From: an uncultured Clostridia bacterium
Lineage (GTDB): Bacteria; Bacillota; Clostridia; TANB77; CAG-508
DNA length: 34,119 nt
Assembly: GCA_944392065.1 (NCBI GenBank)
Contig: CALXVO010000002.1
Span: forward strand, 1-34,119
Direction: 5' to 3'
Each line of letters starts with the position of its first letter. The stretch's first letter is position 1. Both the position numbers and the translations under genes were made by a program. Shown here in pieces: positions 1 through 7,432 of this stretch. The notes under the pieces are model-generated. The model had not been told where the DNA came from. It was given only the letters and a program-made list of their open reading frames with translations, and ran no database searches.

Positions 1-303
1 AATTTCACCAATGGCTACTATTTTATTACAAGCTTTTTCATTGTCTAGAAAATCCATTAAAGACTTTAGCTGTTTATCTAATCCCTCTTCACTCTCTGGT
101 ATATCATTTGGCGAAATCCCAGAAATAGTATACATCCAATCGTATTTTTTTGCTATTGCTAAGGCACTTTTAGAGGAATCTAGGCTGTAGCCTGCATTAA
201 CTAATTTAGTAACGCCAGAAGCGTAAATAGCTTTAATTACTTCCTCTCTATCTTCATTAAACTTTTCATCATTATAATGTGCATGTGAATCAAAAAGTTC
301 CAT
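1..303 (-). CDS. TatD-family metal-dependent hydrolase/DNase, N-terminal 101 aa (gene runs off the left edge)
   Basis: Minus-strand translation from the ATG at 303-301 gives MELFDSHAHYNDEKFNEDREEVIKAIYASGVTKLVNAGY...NKIVAIGEI. It has the DSHAH metal-binding motif and the start of the AIGE-GLD motif typical of TatD/YcfH. GGAG lies about 8 nt upstream. It is absent from the ORF track because the window edge truncates it. Confidence 0.8.
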   Translation of the reverse strand, partial: MELFDSHAHYNDEKFNEDREEVIKAIYASGVTKLVNAGYSLDSSKSALAIAKKYDWMYTISGISPNDIPESEEGLDKQLKSLMDFLDNEKACNKIVAIGEI

Positions 304-430
304 TTCTATTACACTCCTCTTATTAACCATCTCAAAATTTAAAATTATTGTTAAATAATATAATTCTAAAGTAATATGCATATTTTTTTCGTTCTGTGCA
401 ATAGTCAGTCAATCTTTGTAAAAGTGAATG

Positions 431-590
431 GTCACTAGATAATGGTTTATATAAAATATTAGGTCCGCGCAGTGAGGTCTTAATTAAAAAATTGAACGAA
501 GCAGGAAGCTTAAGTCGGGACGAAGCGAAATTGTTTAATTAAGACCTCGCGTTGCAGGACATGCTTTTTTGAAAACCATTATCTAGTAAC
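431..590. repeat. 160-bp palindromic intergenic element A (termini GTCACTAGATAATGGTTT / AAACCATTATCTAGTAAC)
   Basis: Arms 431-448 and 573-590 are complementary at 17/18 positions. A nested perfect 15-bp stem pairs 474-488 (GAGGTCTTAATTAAA) with 534-548. A GC-rich apex includes the hairpin GCTTAAGTCGGGACGAAGC (508-526). The termini match those of the element at 26720-26980. Confidence 0.75.
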
Positions 591-624
591 CTTATATACA
601 AATCAGATTGGTCAAACTCTCCAT

Positions 625-1044
625 TTATAATGACAAATGTGAATTATCTTCCCATACAGCCACCGCACTTGCTACTGCATATTCTTTTATATGAGAAATG
701 CTAATATCTACATTTTTTAATTTAATATTATTTGCAGTTTTAGCCATATTTTTTGTTAGTTTATCCACATTTATCTCAGGTTTTCCACTTTCTATATTAA
801 CTACCTCTATATCTTTCCATAGAGCATCCTCTCGCCCATCAATATATTTAGAAATAGACTTAAATACTGCTTCTTTTGCAGCAAATCTTGCTGCAAAATG
901 TTGATATTTCATAATTTCTGATTTATTGCAATATTCTATTTCTTTTTCTGTATATATTTTATTTAAGAAGCTATCTTCCATTTCTAATATAGCTTCTTTA
1001 ATTCTTTCTACTTCTATAATGTCTATTCCTGTTGTCACTTTCAT
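625..1044 (-). CDS. acpS: holo-[acyl-carrier-protein] synthase (4'-phosphopantetheinyl transferase)
   Basis: MKVTTGIDIIEVERIKEAI...FAARFAAKEAVFKS...ISISHIKEYAVASAV matches the AcpS pattern (GIGxDIxEIxRI start, FAxKEAxxKA, SxSH). The ORF track begins 4 codons earlier at 1056, but AcpS proteins normally start just before the GID motif. Confidence 0.85.
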   Translation of the reverse strand: MKVTTGIDIIEVERIKEAILEMEDSFLNKIYTEKEIEYCNKSEIMKYQHFAARFAAKEAVFKSISKYIDGREDALWKDIEVVNIESGKPEINVDKLTKNMAKTANNIKLKNVDISISHIKEYAVASAVAVWEDNSHLSL

Positions 1045-1176
1045 GGTCCATCTCATTCCTTTTTTATATAATTAAACTTAATTAGAAAAGATTTTATATT
1101 TTAACTTTTGTTGTTACAAATCACAGCTTAGTTTTTAGAGAAGAAGTATATCACTATGATTGTGAATTGTGACCCC

Positions 1177-2430
1177 TTATTTCATACTTGCATAAATGAT
1201 AGTAATTATATTAATAATCAATATCACTGCCACAATAACCCTCGTAATTTTATTATTTTTGTTCATTTCTTCTACATTATATTTCTTATATGTTACATCA
1301 TACTCATTTTTTAATTTTGCAAATGTTTCTTCAATTTCTAGATTTTCCATCCAACTTTGTTCCAATCTTCTGCCAAACTCTTCATTTGTAATATCTTGTA
1401 TCCATAATTTTTTTGTAAATTCAATAAAATTCTTTTCTGCTACTTTAAACTTATGACTGAATTCATAACTAAGTTTATTTAGCATCATTTTTTTATATAA
1501 CACCAATAGATAAGTATATAAATATTCACTTTCATATTTTTGTGGAACTATTGTAAAATTAGTAGTATTCACATTTGAAGTAAATAACACAGTACTTGCT
1601 ACTGTAAATCCATATCGTATATATTGATTTTTATAAATCGATTTTTTCTCTAAAATTTTATTATTTCCTACTACAGAATACTCATCATCAATTATTTGAG
1701 AATTCGCTGGTTGTACCGAACGATATTTTTCGAATAGATTATCCAGTTCGCCATTTTCTGTGTTTTCATTCCAATCTTTTTGATCCATACATGTATAGGA
1801 ATAAACAAAGAATTTCTCGTTTCCAACATTGGCCTTTCCAGAAATACTGTAACCGCCTGTTAATTCATTGATTAATAGAGAGATATCTTTTACATTCTTA
1901 AAAGAATTAGATTGTATTTTTATATTCTCATATTCTTTTAAATTATATGCTTCTGAATTTATTTCTCTAAATTTATAATTAAAATTCAATAAATCGGAAA
2001 AGCTATTACTATTTTCTAAATTAGTCTTAAACACTAAAAAGCAAATTCCAGATTTATAGCATACTATTTTTATTTCTGATATTTCGAAAAATATCCCATT
2101 ATTGGTTTCAACTTTTCCTTGTAGATTTTCTGCTAATTCGTAATTAAATATATTACACTCATGTTTTGCAATTAAAGTAGATTGTAGTGCCGTATCTAAT
2201 CTTTTAAAATCTTTAATTCCTTCTTTGCCAAGTCCAAACGACCAAAACATAAACTCTCTAATGCTTGGTAAAAAATAACTATATAAATGTATATCTTTTT
2301 GCTTATCAAAAAATCTTATTTTACACTTTCGATTTTTTAATAAATCTTGCAAATACCTTTTATATTTTCCTTCTTCAATCATGTATGGATAAATAAAATA
2401 AGTATATTGATATTTCGTCATAAGTTCCAA
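1177..2430 (-). CDS. uncharacterised protein with a C-terminal coiled-coil region and a single C-terminal transmembrane anchor
   Basis: 417-aa ORF in an AT-rich context, apparent TTG start, GGAGG at 2442-2446. The C-terminus ITRVIVAVILIINIITIIYASMK is hydrophobic. I recognise no catalytic motif. Confidence 0.6.
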   Translation of the reverse strand: MELMTKYQYTYFIYPYMIEEGKYKRYLQDLLKNRKCKIRFFDKQKDIHLYSYFLPSIREFMFWSFGLGKEGIKDFKRLDTALQSTLIAKHECNIFNYELAENLQGKVETNNGIFFEISEIKIVCYKSGICFLVFKTNLENSNSFSDLLNFNYKFREINSEAYNLKEYENIKIQSNSFKNVKDISLLINELTGGYSISGKANVGNEKFFVYSYTCMDQKDWNENTENGELDNLFEKYRSVQPANSQIIDDEYSVVGNNKILEKKSIYKNQYIRYGFTVASTVLFTSNVNTTNFTIVPQKYESEYLYTYLLVLYKKMMLNKLSYEFSHKFKVAEKNFIEFTKKLWIQDITNEEFGRRLEQSWMENLEIEETFAKLKNEYDVTYKKYNVEEMNKNNKITRVIVAVILIINIITIIYASMK

Positions 2431-2482
2431 AATAAATTCCTCCTATGTTCGTTTAATTAATTACTATTTACGGTTGCTTTTT

Positions 2483-2536
2483 GTCGGAGCAATGCATATT
2501 TTGATTTTATAAAATAAAAATATGCAATGTTCCGAC
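2483..2536. repeat. 54-bp hairpin E, an 'empty' member of the GTCGrrnCA palindrome family
   Basis: GTCGGAGCAATGCATATTTTGATTTTAT / AAAATAAAAATATGCAATGTTCCGAC forms an arm of about 27 bp with 3 mismatches. The arms and right flank (CGACATTTTATAACCAACTGTGAATTGTAAC) align with those of the element at 7193-7347. No U-tract follows on either strand. Confidence 0.65.
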
Positions 2537-2618
2537 ATTTTATAACCAACTGTGAATTGTAACTTTAATTATTCTCTTCCATAATAATGCATCTATTACT
2601 TATGAATAGCCATACTTT

Positions 2619-4148
2619 CTATTCATCTGTAAAGTAATACAAGTTCAAGTCTTCTCCCAAATGCCATTTTCCAATAAATTCCACTAAGATATTATCATCT
2701 AAATTATAGGATGGTGCAACTGTTACTTCTCCTTTGGAATTTATAGTTCCCCATAATCCATCTTTTTTTACGCTTGCGTATCCATAATCATTTTGCTCTC
2801 TGGCATCATCATAAATGTAATTAACAACAACATTACCATTTCTATCTATATAGCCATACTTGCCTTCCTCATTCTGACTTAGGAAAAGTGTATTACTACT
2901 TAATATATCTTTTGCTTCTCTTTCTTCAAATCTAAAATTATAATATTTGTATTCATCATTTTCTCTAACTTTAATGTATCCATTGGTCGTATTTAGCTCT
3001 GAAATAATTACATTAGATAATCTTACATTCATATCTGCATCAATTAAATTAGAAGTATAGTCTTCATTGGTTGCTTCATAGAAATTTGCTATTTTCCTAT
3101 ATACGATATTTGAGTAATTTAATGCAGTTAGTTTATTTCCATTGGAATCCATTATCCCATATTTTGCATCTTGACTTACAATATAATTGCTTCCTGTGGC
3201 ATATGTAATACTATCATATTCGCTATTAATAATACTTTGTCCATTTGCAATCGAAACTACTCCATATTTATTATTTTCTTCTACTACTGCATTTTCGCCA
3301 TTAATTGATACAATGTCATCATATTCACCTGCTAAGTATTCATTTCCATCTGTATCTACTATTTTCCAGTCATCACCTTCTCTTACGATATAATATTTTC
3401 CATTATCATATACTTGTTTTATAGAGTCATATTTATTTTCCAAAGCCACGCTTTTTGTATAATTAATAACACCATATTTATTATTTTCATCAATTACAAT
3501 ATAACCATTTTCATATTGATCCGATATTGGTCTTATCTCTTCATATTCATTATCGATAATAACAGAACCAACATTATCTATAATTCCATATTTATCATCT
3601 TTTTCTATAAGTAAACTATTTGTTACCCCTTTAAGTGCTGTTATAGAATCATATTCGCAATTTACTAATTGGCTTCCATTTGTATCTATTATCCCATACT
3701 TTCCATCTTGAGAAACTTTAAGTATTCCTGATTCATACCATAAATTATTGCTATTATCATAGTTTTCTATTGCTTCTACTGTATCATAATTGGTAAATAA
3801 TTCTTCTCCTTTTTCATTAAGTACTCTTGTATCATAGGTACCATTGTCATAATCTACATTTATCGTACAGATAAAAATTGCTTTTGAATTATCAGGAATA
3901 ACAATATATTCATCATATTCTGGAGAAATAATAATATTTCCACTAGAATCAATTACTCCCCATTTTCCTTCTGTATATACTGGAAAATATCTTAGTACTA
4001 CTGCCTTTTCTTGTGTTGTGTTTTCCGTATCAAATAATTTGTTTATTCCTATTATAAACATGGCAATTACTGCAATTGCTATTATAACCGCAAATACCTT
4101 TTTAATGTTCAGTTTCTGTTCTCCATCGTATCTTTTCCCTCTACTCAT
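2619..4148 (-). CDS. membrane-anchored WG-repeat (KWG/WG_beta_rep) protein
   Basis: N-terminal TM segment (VFAVIIAIAVIAMFIIGI), then more than 10 repeats of the type GKWGVIDSSGNIIISPEYDEY / KYGIIDTNGSQLVNCEYDSI / KYGYIDRNGNVVVNYIYDD. Confidence 0.8.
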   Translation of the reverse strand: MSRGKRYDGEQKLNIKKVFAVIIAIAVIAMFIIGINKLFDTENTTQEKAVVLRYFPVYTEGKWGVIDSSGNIIISPEYDEYIVIPDNSKAIFICTINVDYDNGTYDTRVLNEKGEELFTNYDTVEAIENYDNSNNLWYESGILKVSQDGKYGIIDTNGSQLVNCEYDSITALKGVTNSLLIEKDDKYGIIDNVGSVIIDNEYEEIRPISDQYENGYIVIDENNKYGVINYTKSVALENKYDSIKQVYDNGKYYIVREGDDWKIVDTDGNEYLAGEYDDIVSINGENAVVEENNKYGVVSIANGQSIINSEYDSITYATGSNYIVSQDAKYGIMDSNGNKLTALNYSNIVYRKIANFYEATNEDYTSNLIDADMNVRLSNVIISELNTTNGYIKVRENDEYKYYNFRFEEREAKDILSSNTLFLSQNEEGKYGYIDRNGNVVVNYIYDDAREQNDYGYASVKKDGLWGTINSKGEVTVAPSYNLDDNILVEFIGKWHLGEDLNLYYFTDE

Positions 4149-4263
4149 AGTTACAACATTCCTTTCTTAAGGCACAAAGACTTACCAAAAGTTACATTTT
4201 TTTTACACATATACTATATCATATTTTAGGGTAAAATTACAACAAAATCATGCATTTTTCACA

Positions 4264-4411
4264 AATTTTCTAAAACAGGGACAGGCGTATTTGTCCACTT
4301 TTTTCTAAAATAGGGACACACGTTAATAACTTGTATATCATAAAATTACTAACGTGTGTCCCTATTTTACACTTTTTTCCACAAATACGCCTGTCCCCAT
4401 TTTGGAAAATT
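4264..4411. repeat. 148-bp nested palindrome D built from four copies of a ~23-nt GGGAC motif; the inner hairpin probably acts as a bidirectional terminator
   Basis: Outer arms 4264-4294 and 4381-4411 pair over 31 bp with 3 mismatches. Inner arms 4307-4329 and 4346-4368 pair over 23 bp with 1 mismatch. Arm sequences TTTTCTAAAACAGGGACAGGCGT and TTTTCTAAAATAGGGACACACGT resemble each other and are arranged as two direct then two inverted copies. The inner stem is followed by TATTTT on both strands. The element abuts the spoIIE stop codon (4410-4412). Confidence 0.75.
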
Positions 4412-6461
4412 ATTTTTTATTAATTCTAGCTACCATTACCGTCATATCATCTTTTTGGTTTCCATAATCATTATCAATTGCTTCGTTTATAATAATGTCT
4501 GCTATTTTTTGTGCGTCATTTGTTTCGATATCCTCTAATAAATATTTAAGCCATAATTGTTTATTTAAATATTCTTTATTAGAATCTATTACTCCATCGG
4601 TGCACATTACCAAAATGTCTCCATCTTGTAAATCGTAATCATATACTACTAAATCAACATCACTTAATATTCCGGTTGGAAGTGACATTGCTTTTAAAAG
4701 TTGAACATTTCTACCTCTTTTTACATAAGTTGGACATGCACTATTTTTAATAAATTCCATATTTCCATTGAATAAATCTAGGATTTCAATGTCTAGTGTT
4801 GCATACATGTCTTCTTCTGTATTTGCTGAAAGGGTAGAATTAATTAGCTTTAACGATACATCCTTTTCAAATCCTGCGGTTAATAATCTTTCTAACATTT
4901 TTACTGCTATTTTACTGCTTTTCATTGCTTCTGGTCCTGAACCCATACCATCACTTAAAGCTAGCAAATATTTTCCATCATCTAGTTTTATTTGTAAACT
5001 ACTATCTCCCGATACTGCTGATCCAGATTTTGTTGATTTTGCAGTTCCAATTTGTACTTTATAATTATCATCAGAAAGATAGGTAAATTTGCAAATTTCT
5101 TTATTTAATCGTAAGCCACATTCTTGTTTTTGCATAATCATTTTTTGCTCTAATACTTTGGATAGTATTTTACATATCTTTTTAATATCGCATTCAGTTC
5201 CATCTGGGTTTTCGCAAGTGTCGGTATATACTTCTACCATATACCTTCCAGAGCTTTGTTGCTTAATTTCAATACTTTTTATTTCAATTTCTTTTTGCTC
5301 TAATAGTTTTAGTATTTCTTGTTTTTTATCAAGGAATTTATCTTCTTTTTTGTCTATATCTTCTGCCATTTTAGAAATTGCTTCTGAGACTCCTTTTAGT
5401 TGTGAAGATACTGTTTTTTTACTTTCGTCTAATTTTTTCTTCCAGATAAAGTTTATTTTACTAATTCGATACGAATAGTTGATAGCTTTTACCATTTTAT
5501 AAATATCTTCTTTTGCCTGTCCTTTTGTGTTTTCAAAGCCCACAATGTAGTTATTATTTTTCTCTAATATTTTAATTAATTCCTTTTCTGTAATAATATC
5601 GTTTTCTAATAAATGGTTAAAAATGTCTGTAATTAGTTGTTCCGTAGGATAATACATTTCTTCATATAACATATTATCTTCTAATTCTTCTATATTCTTT
5701 TTTAACTCTTCTAAAAAGATATCGATATTAGCCTTTTCTTGTTCTTTTAATTCTTTTTCAGAAAGGATGGTAGCTGCCGCTTCTCCATAGCTTTCTGCCA
5801 TATCGTAAATTGTCTCAGACATGCTATTTAATTTATAAATTGTATCTTTATTCTCTTCTAAATCTCTTTCTGCAACTTCTGGTAATAATTTTGTACTTCC
5901 TACTAAATCTTCAATATTTATTTCAATATTCTTAGGAATTGCTAAAAGTCCAAGAGAGGCAATTAATATTTCTTGAAATAGAATAAGTGGTACTGTATTT
6001 CCATTAGCAGCATAAGCAAGAACAACATTTCCCAATGCAAACCCTACAATGACACCTATTCTTCCAAATCGATTTAAAAGACCTGCAATTAATCCAGATA
6101 TTGCATATGCTGCAATCATAATAGGCTCTGTACCTGTAATAACGCCAAGTACCACTCCTATTGTAATACCACCAGTTGCTCCTACTAAAACACCATTTTT
6201 CCAACCTAATACTAATACAATTAATATACTTAAAATATTTTTGATAGAAAATCCAAAAATATTTAAATCTTCAAATACCGTTACTGCTATGGCCAAAAGT
6301 AGACTTGTCCCCATTACTTCCTCAATAGTAAACGCTCTTCTTGTTCCAAAGTCAATAATCATAGTAATGGAATTAACAAATATTTTATAAAATATGTAAG
6401 TAGTAATTCCAAGCATAATACTTGTTAATAAATCGAAAACATAAAACTCTCTAAAAAACAT
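4410..6461 (-). CDS. spoIIE: stage II sporulation protein E (PP2C phosphatase), C-terminal 683-aa part: ~7 TM segments, central domain and PP2C domain
   Basis: The polytopic N-terminus is followed by LALSDGMGSGPEAMKSS...ATLDIEILDL...ILVMCTDGV...DDMTVMVARI, a PP2C/SpoIIE signature. No Shine-Dalgarno sequence precedes the ATG at 6461. Confidence 0.85.
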   Translation of the reverse strand: MFFREFYVFDLLTSIMLGITTYIFYKIFVNSITMIIDFGTRRAFTIEEVMGTSLLLAIAVTVFEDLNIFGFSIKNILSILIVLVLGWKNGVLVGATGGITIGVVLGVITGTEPIMIAAYAISGLIAGLLNRFGRIGVIVGFALGNVVLAYAANGNTVPLILFQEILIASLGLLAIPKNIEINIEDLVGSTKLLPEVAERDLEENKDTIYKLNSMSETIYDMAESYGEAAATILSEKELKEQEKANIDIFLEELKKNIEELEDNMLYEEMYYPTEQLITDIFNHLLENDIITEKELIKILEKNNNYIVGFENTKGQAKEDIYKMVKAINYSYRISKINFIWKKKLDESKKTVSSQLKGVSEAISKMAEDIDKKEDKFLDKKQEILKLLEQKEIEIKSIEIKQQSSGRYMVEVYTDTCENPDGTECDIKKICKILSKVLEQKMIMQKQECGLRLNKEICKFTYLSDDNYKVQIGTAKSTKSGSAVSGDSSLQIKLDDGKYLLALSDGMGSGPEAMKSSKIAVKMLERLLTAGFEKDVSLKLINSTLSANTEEDMYATLDIEILDLFNGNMEFIKNSACPTYVKRGRNVQLLKAMSLPTGILSDVDLVVYDYDLQDGDILVMCTDGVIDSNKEYLNKQLWLKYLLEDIETNDAQKIADIIINEAIDNDYGNQKDDMTVMVARINKK

Positions 6462-6518
6462 TGGTACAATTTATACTAAAATATCTGCAGTATCTAGATG
6501 TCAACCTATTTTTCTTTT

Positions 6519-6905
6519 TTAGTTTACATTATCCTGTATTTTAGGTCTTATTAATAAAATCGATACAAAAAACACTAACGATGTTATAAAATATACCAAT
6601 AAATTATTAAATCCAAACTTAAGAAAAGTACCAATTAAAGATAACACATACATAATTCCAATTGGTCTATTATTTCCAAGTGCTCCTGCTATGATAGCTA
6701 GTCCAAAAGGGACCAAAGAAAAAATAAGTGTATTATCGTCAAATCCCACCATAGATATCATAAAGGTAATAATATATAACATGATATTTTGTTTTGCAAA
6801 TAATCTTTTTAACACATCTTTTGTACTAACCCTTTTATTTTCTTCTTTATATTCATTTTTATTGTCTCTAAGATCTCCAGTTATATTTTGAAACATACTA
6901 ACCAC
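6519..6905 (-). CDS. spoIIE: N-terminal ~4-TM segment of SpoIIE, encoded as a separate 128-aa ORF
   Basis: IMLYIITFMISMVGF...LVPFGLAIIAGAL resembles the start of B. subtilis SpoIIE (FIYVVIGFLLGRAF...LPFALPFFGAML). 128 + 683 aa comes to about the usual ~800-830 aa length. It is in the same frame as 4410-6461 but separated from it by 3 stop codons. Confidence 0.65.
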   Translation of the reverse strand: MVSMFQNITGDLRDNKNEYKEENKRVSTKDVLKRLFAKQNIMLYIITFMISMVGFDDNTLIFSLVPFGLAIIAGALGNNRPIGIMYVLSLIGTFLKFGFNNLLVYFITSLVFFVSILLIRPKIQDNVN

Positions 6906-7101
6906 CTCTAACTTTTTATTTATGCATTAATGTTATCTAAATTGCTTTTCTTTCGTGTAAACAGCTTCTTAATGCTGGTATCCATTATAGTTCTTTTCCA
7001 TAAATTTTTTTGTCACATTTAATCCATAATATAAAAAAGTTTTTTACAAAATGTGATGTGTTATTGCTTTTTCTTTTAATTTATAACAATATATGCTTAT
7101 C

Positions 7102-7130
7102 ATTTTATCGCAAAATAGGGTTTTTTTCAA
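7102..7130 (-). promoter_or_regulatory. sigma-A-type promoter candidate upstream of spoIIE (TTGAAA-17 nt-TAAAAT)
   Basis: The minus strand reads AATGTATTGAAAaaaaccctattttgcgaTAAAAT. The -35 is at 7125-7130 and the -10 at 7102-7107. It lies about 195 nt upstream of the start at 6905. Confidence 0.4.
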
Positions 7131-7192
7131 TACATTGTGGAAAAATAAACAAAAAAGCGCTAGTTTAAAATCACTATTGAAAGTTATTTTTA

Positions 7193-7347
7193 GTCGAGAC
7201 AGTGTATATTTTTTAATTTTATGTTGGAGTGCTTAAGGTGGGGACCGACAAGCTTACAAAGTGTTTAACGAACTTTAGTGAGTTAATACACTTTGTGCGC
7301 AGCCAAAGGTCCAAAACATAAAATTAAAAAATATACACTGCCTCGAC
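7193..7347. repeat. 155-bp palindromic element C: 33-bp AT-rich arms enclosing an 89-bp GC-rich structured core
   Basis: Arms 7193-7225 and 7315-7347 are complementary with 1 mismatch. The core contains the hairpin GCTTAAGGTGGGGACCGACAAGC (7231-7253) and a stem pairing 7256-7269 with 7282-7296. The arms are homologous to hairpin E at 2483-2536. Confidence 0.75.
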
Positions 7348-7382
7348 ATTTAATCTATGAATTGTGATTAGCTTCAAAATAG

Positions 7383-7409
7383 CAACCCAAGTTTTGAAAA
7401 CTTGGGTTG
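7383..7409 (-). terminator. rho-independent terminator of the adhesin operon
   Basis: CAACCCAAG-TTTTGAAAA-CTTGGGTTG is a perfect 9-bp GC-containing stem. On the minus strand it is followed by CTATTTTG. It lies 24 nt downstream of the stop at 7433. Confidence 0.7.
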
Positions 7410-7432
7410 TCATTTTAGAAGAAATATCTTGT

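Noticed and set aside
431-590. Element A as a 6S RNA gene (closing stem, ~13/12-nt internal bubble, GC-rich flanks, terminal stem-loop, ~160 nt)
   Set aside because: Its closing-stem sequence is shared with the element at 26720-26980, which has a target-site duplication and a different interior. That argues for a repeat family rather than a unique housekeeping RNA. The call cannot be excluded without a covariance-model scan.
2483-2536. Hairpin E as the rho-independent terminator of the WG-repeat gene
   Set aside because: On the transcribed (minus) strand the stem is followed by AAAAAGC, not a U-tract. The T-run lies on the wrong side.
4264-4411. Possible mini-CRISPR array, because a ~23-nt motif occurs four times
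   Set aside because: Two of the four copies are inverted relative to the others, the spacers are 10-16 nt, and there are no cas genes. The structure is a nested palindrome, not a direct-repeat array.
6485-6498. Adjacent PstI (CTGCAG) and XbaI (TCTAGA) sites in the spoIIE spacer, suggesting a cloning scar or engineered disruption
   Set aside because: No flanking vector-like or marker sequence is present, and the sites are not in a known polylinker arrangement. Two 6-mers in 57 nt can occur by chance.
7122-7136. 15-nt direct repeat (also at 17686-17700) flanking the adhesin operon, as possible island boundaries or att sites
   Set aside because: In both copies it coincides with the -35 region of promoters facing the same direction. 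T-rich 15-mers are expected to recur by chance in a window this AT-rich, and there is no integrase nearby. It is treated as promoter similarity, not as insertion scars.
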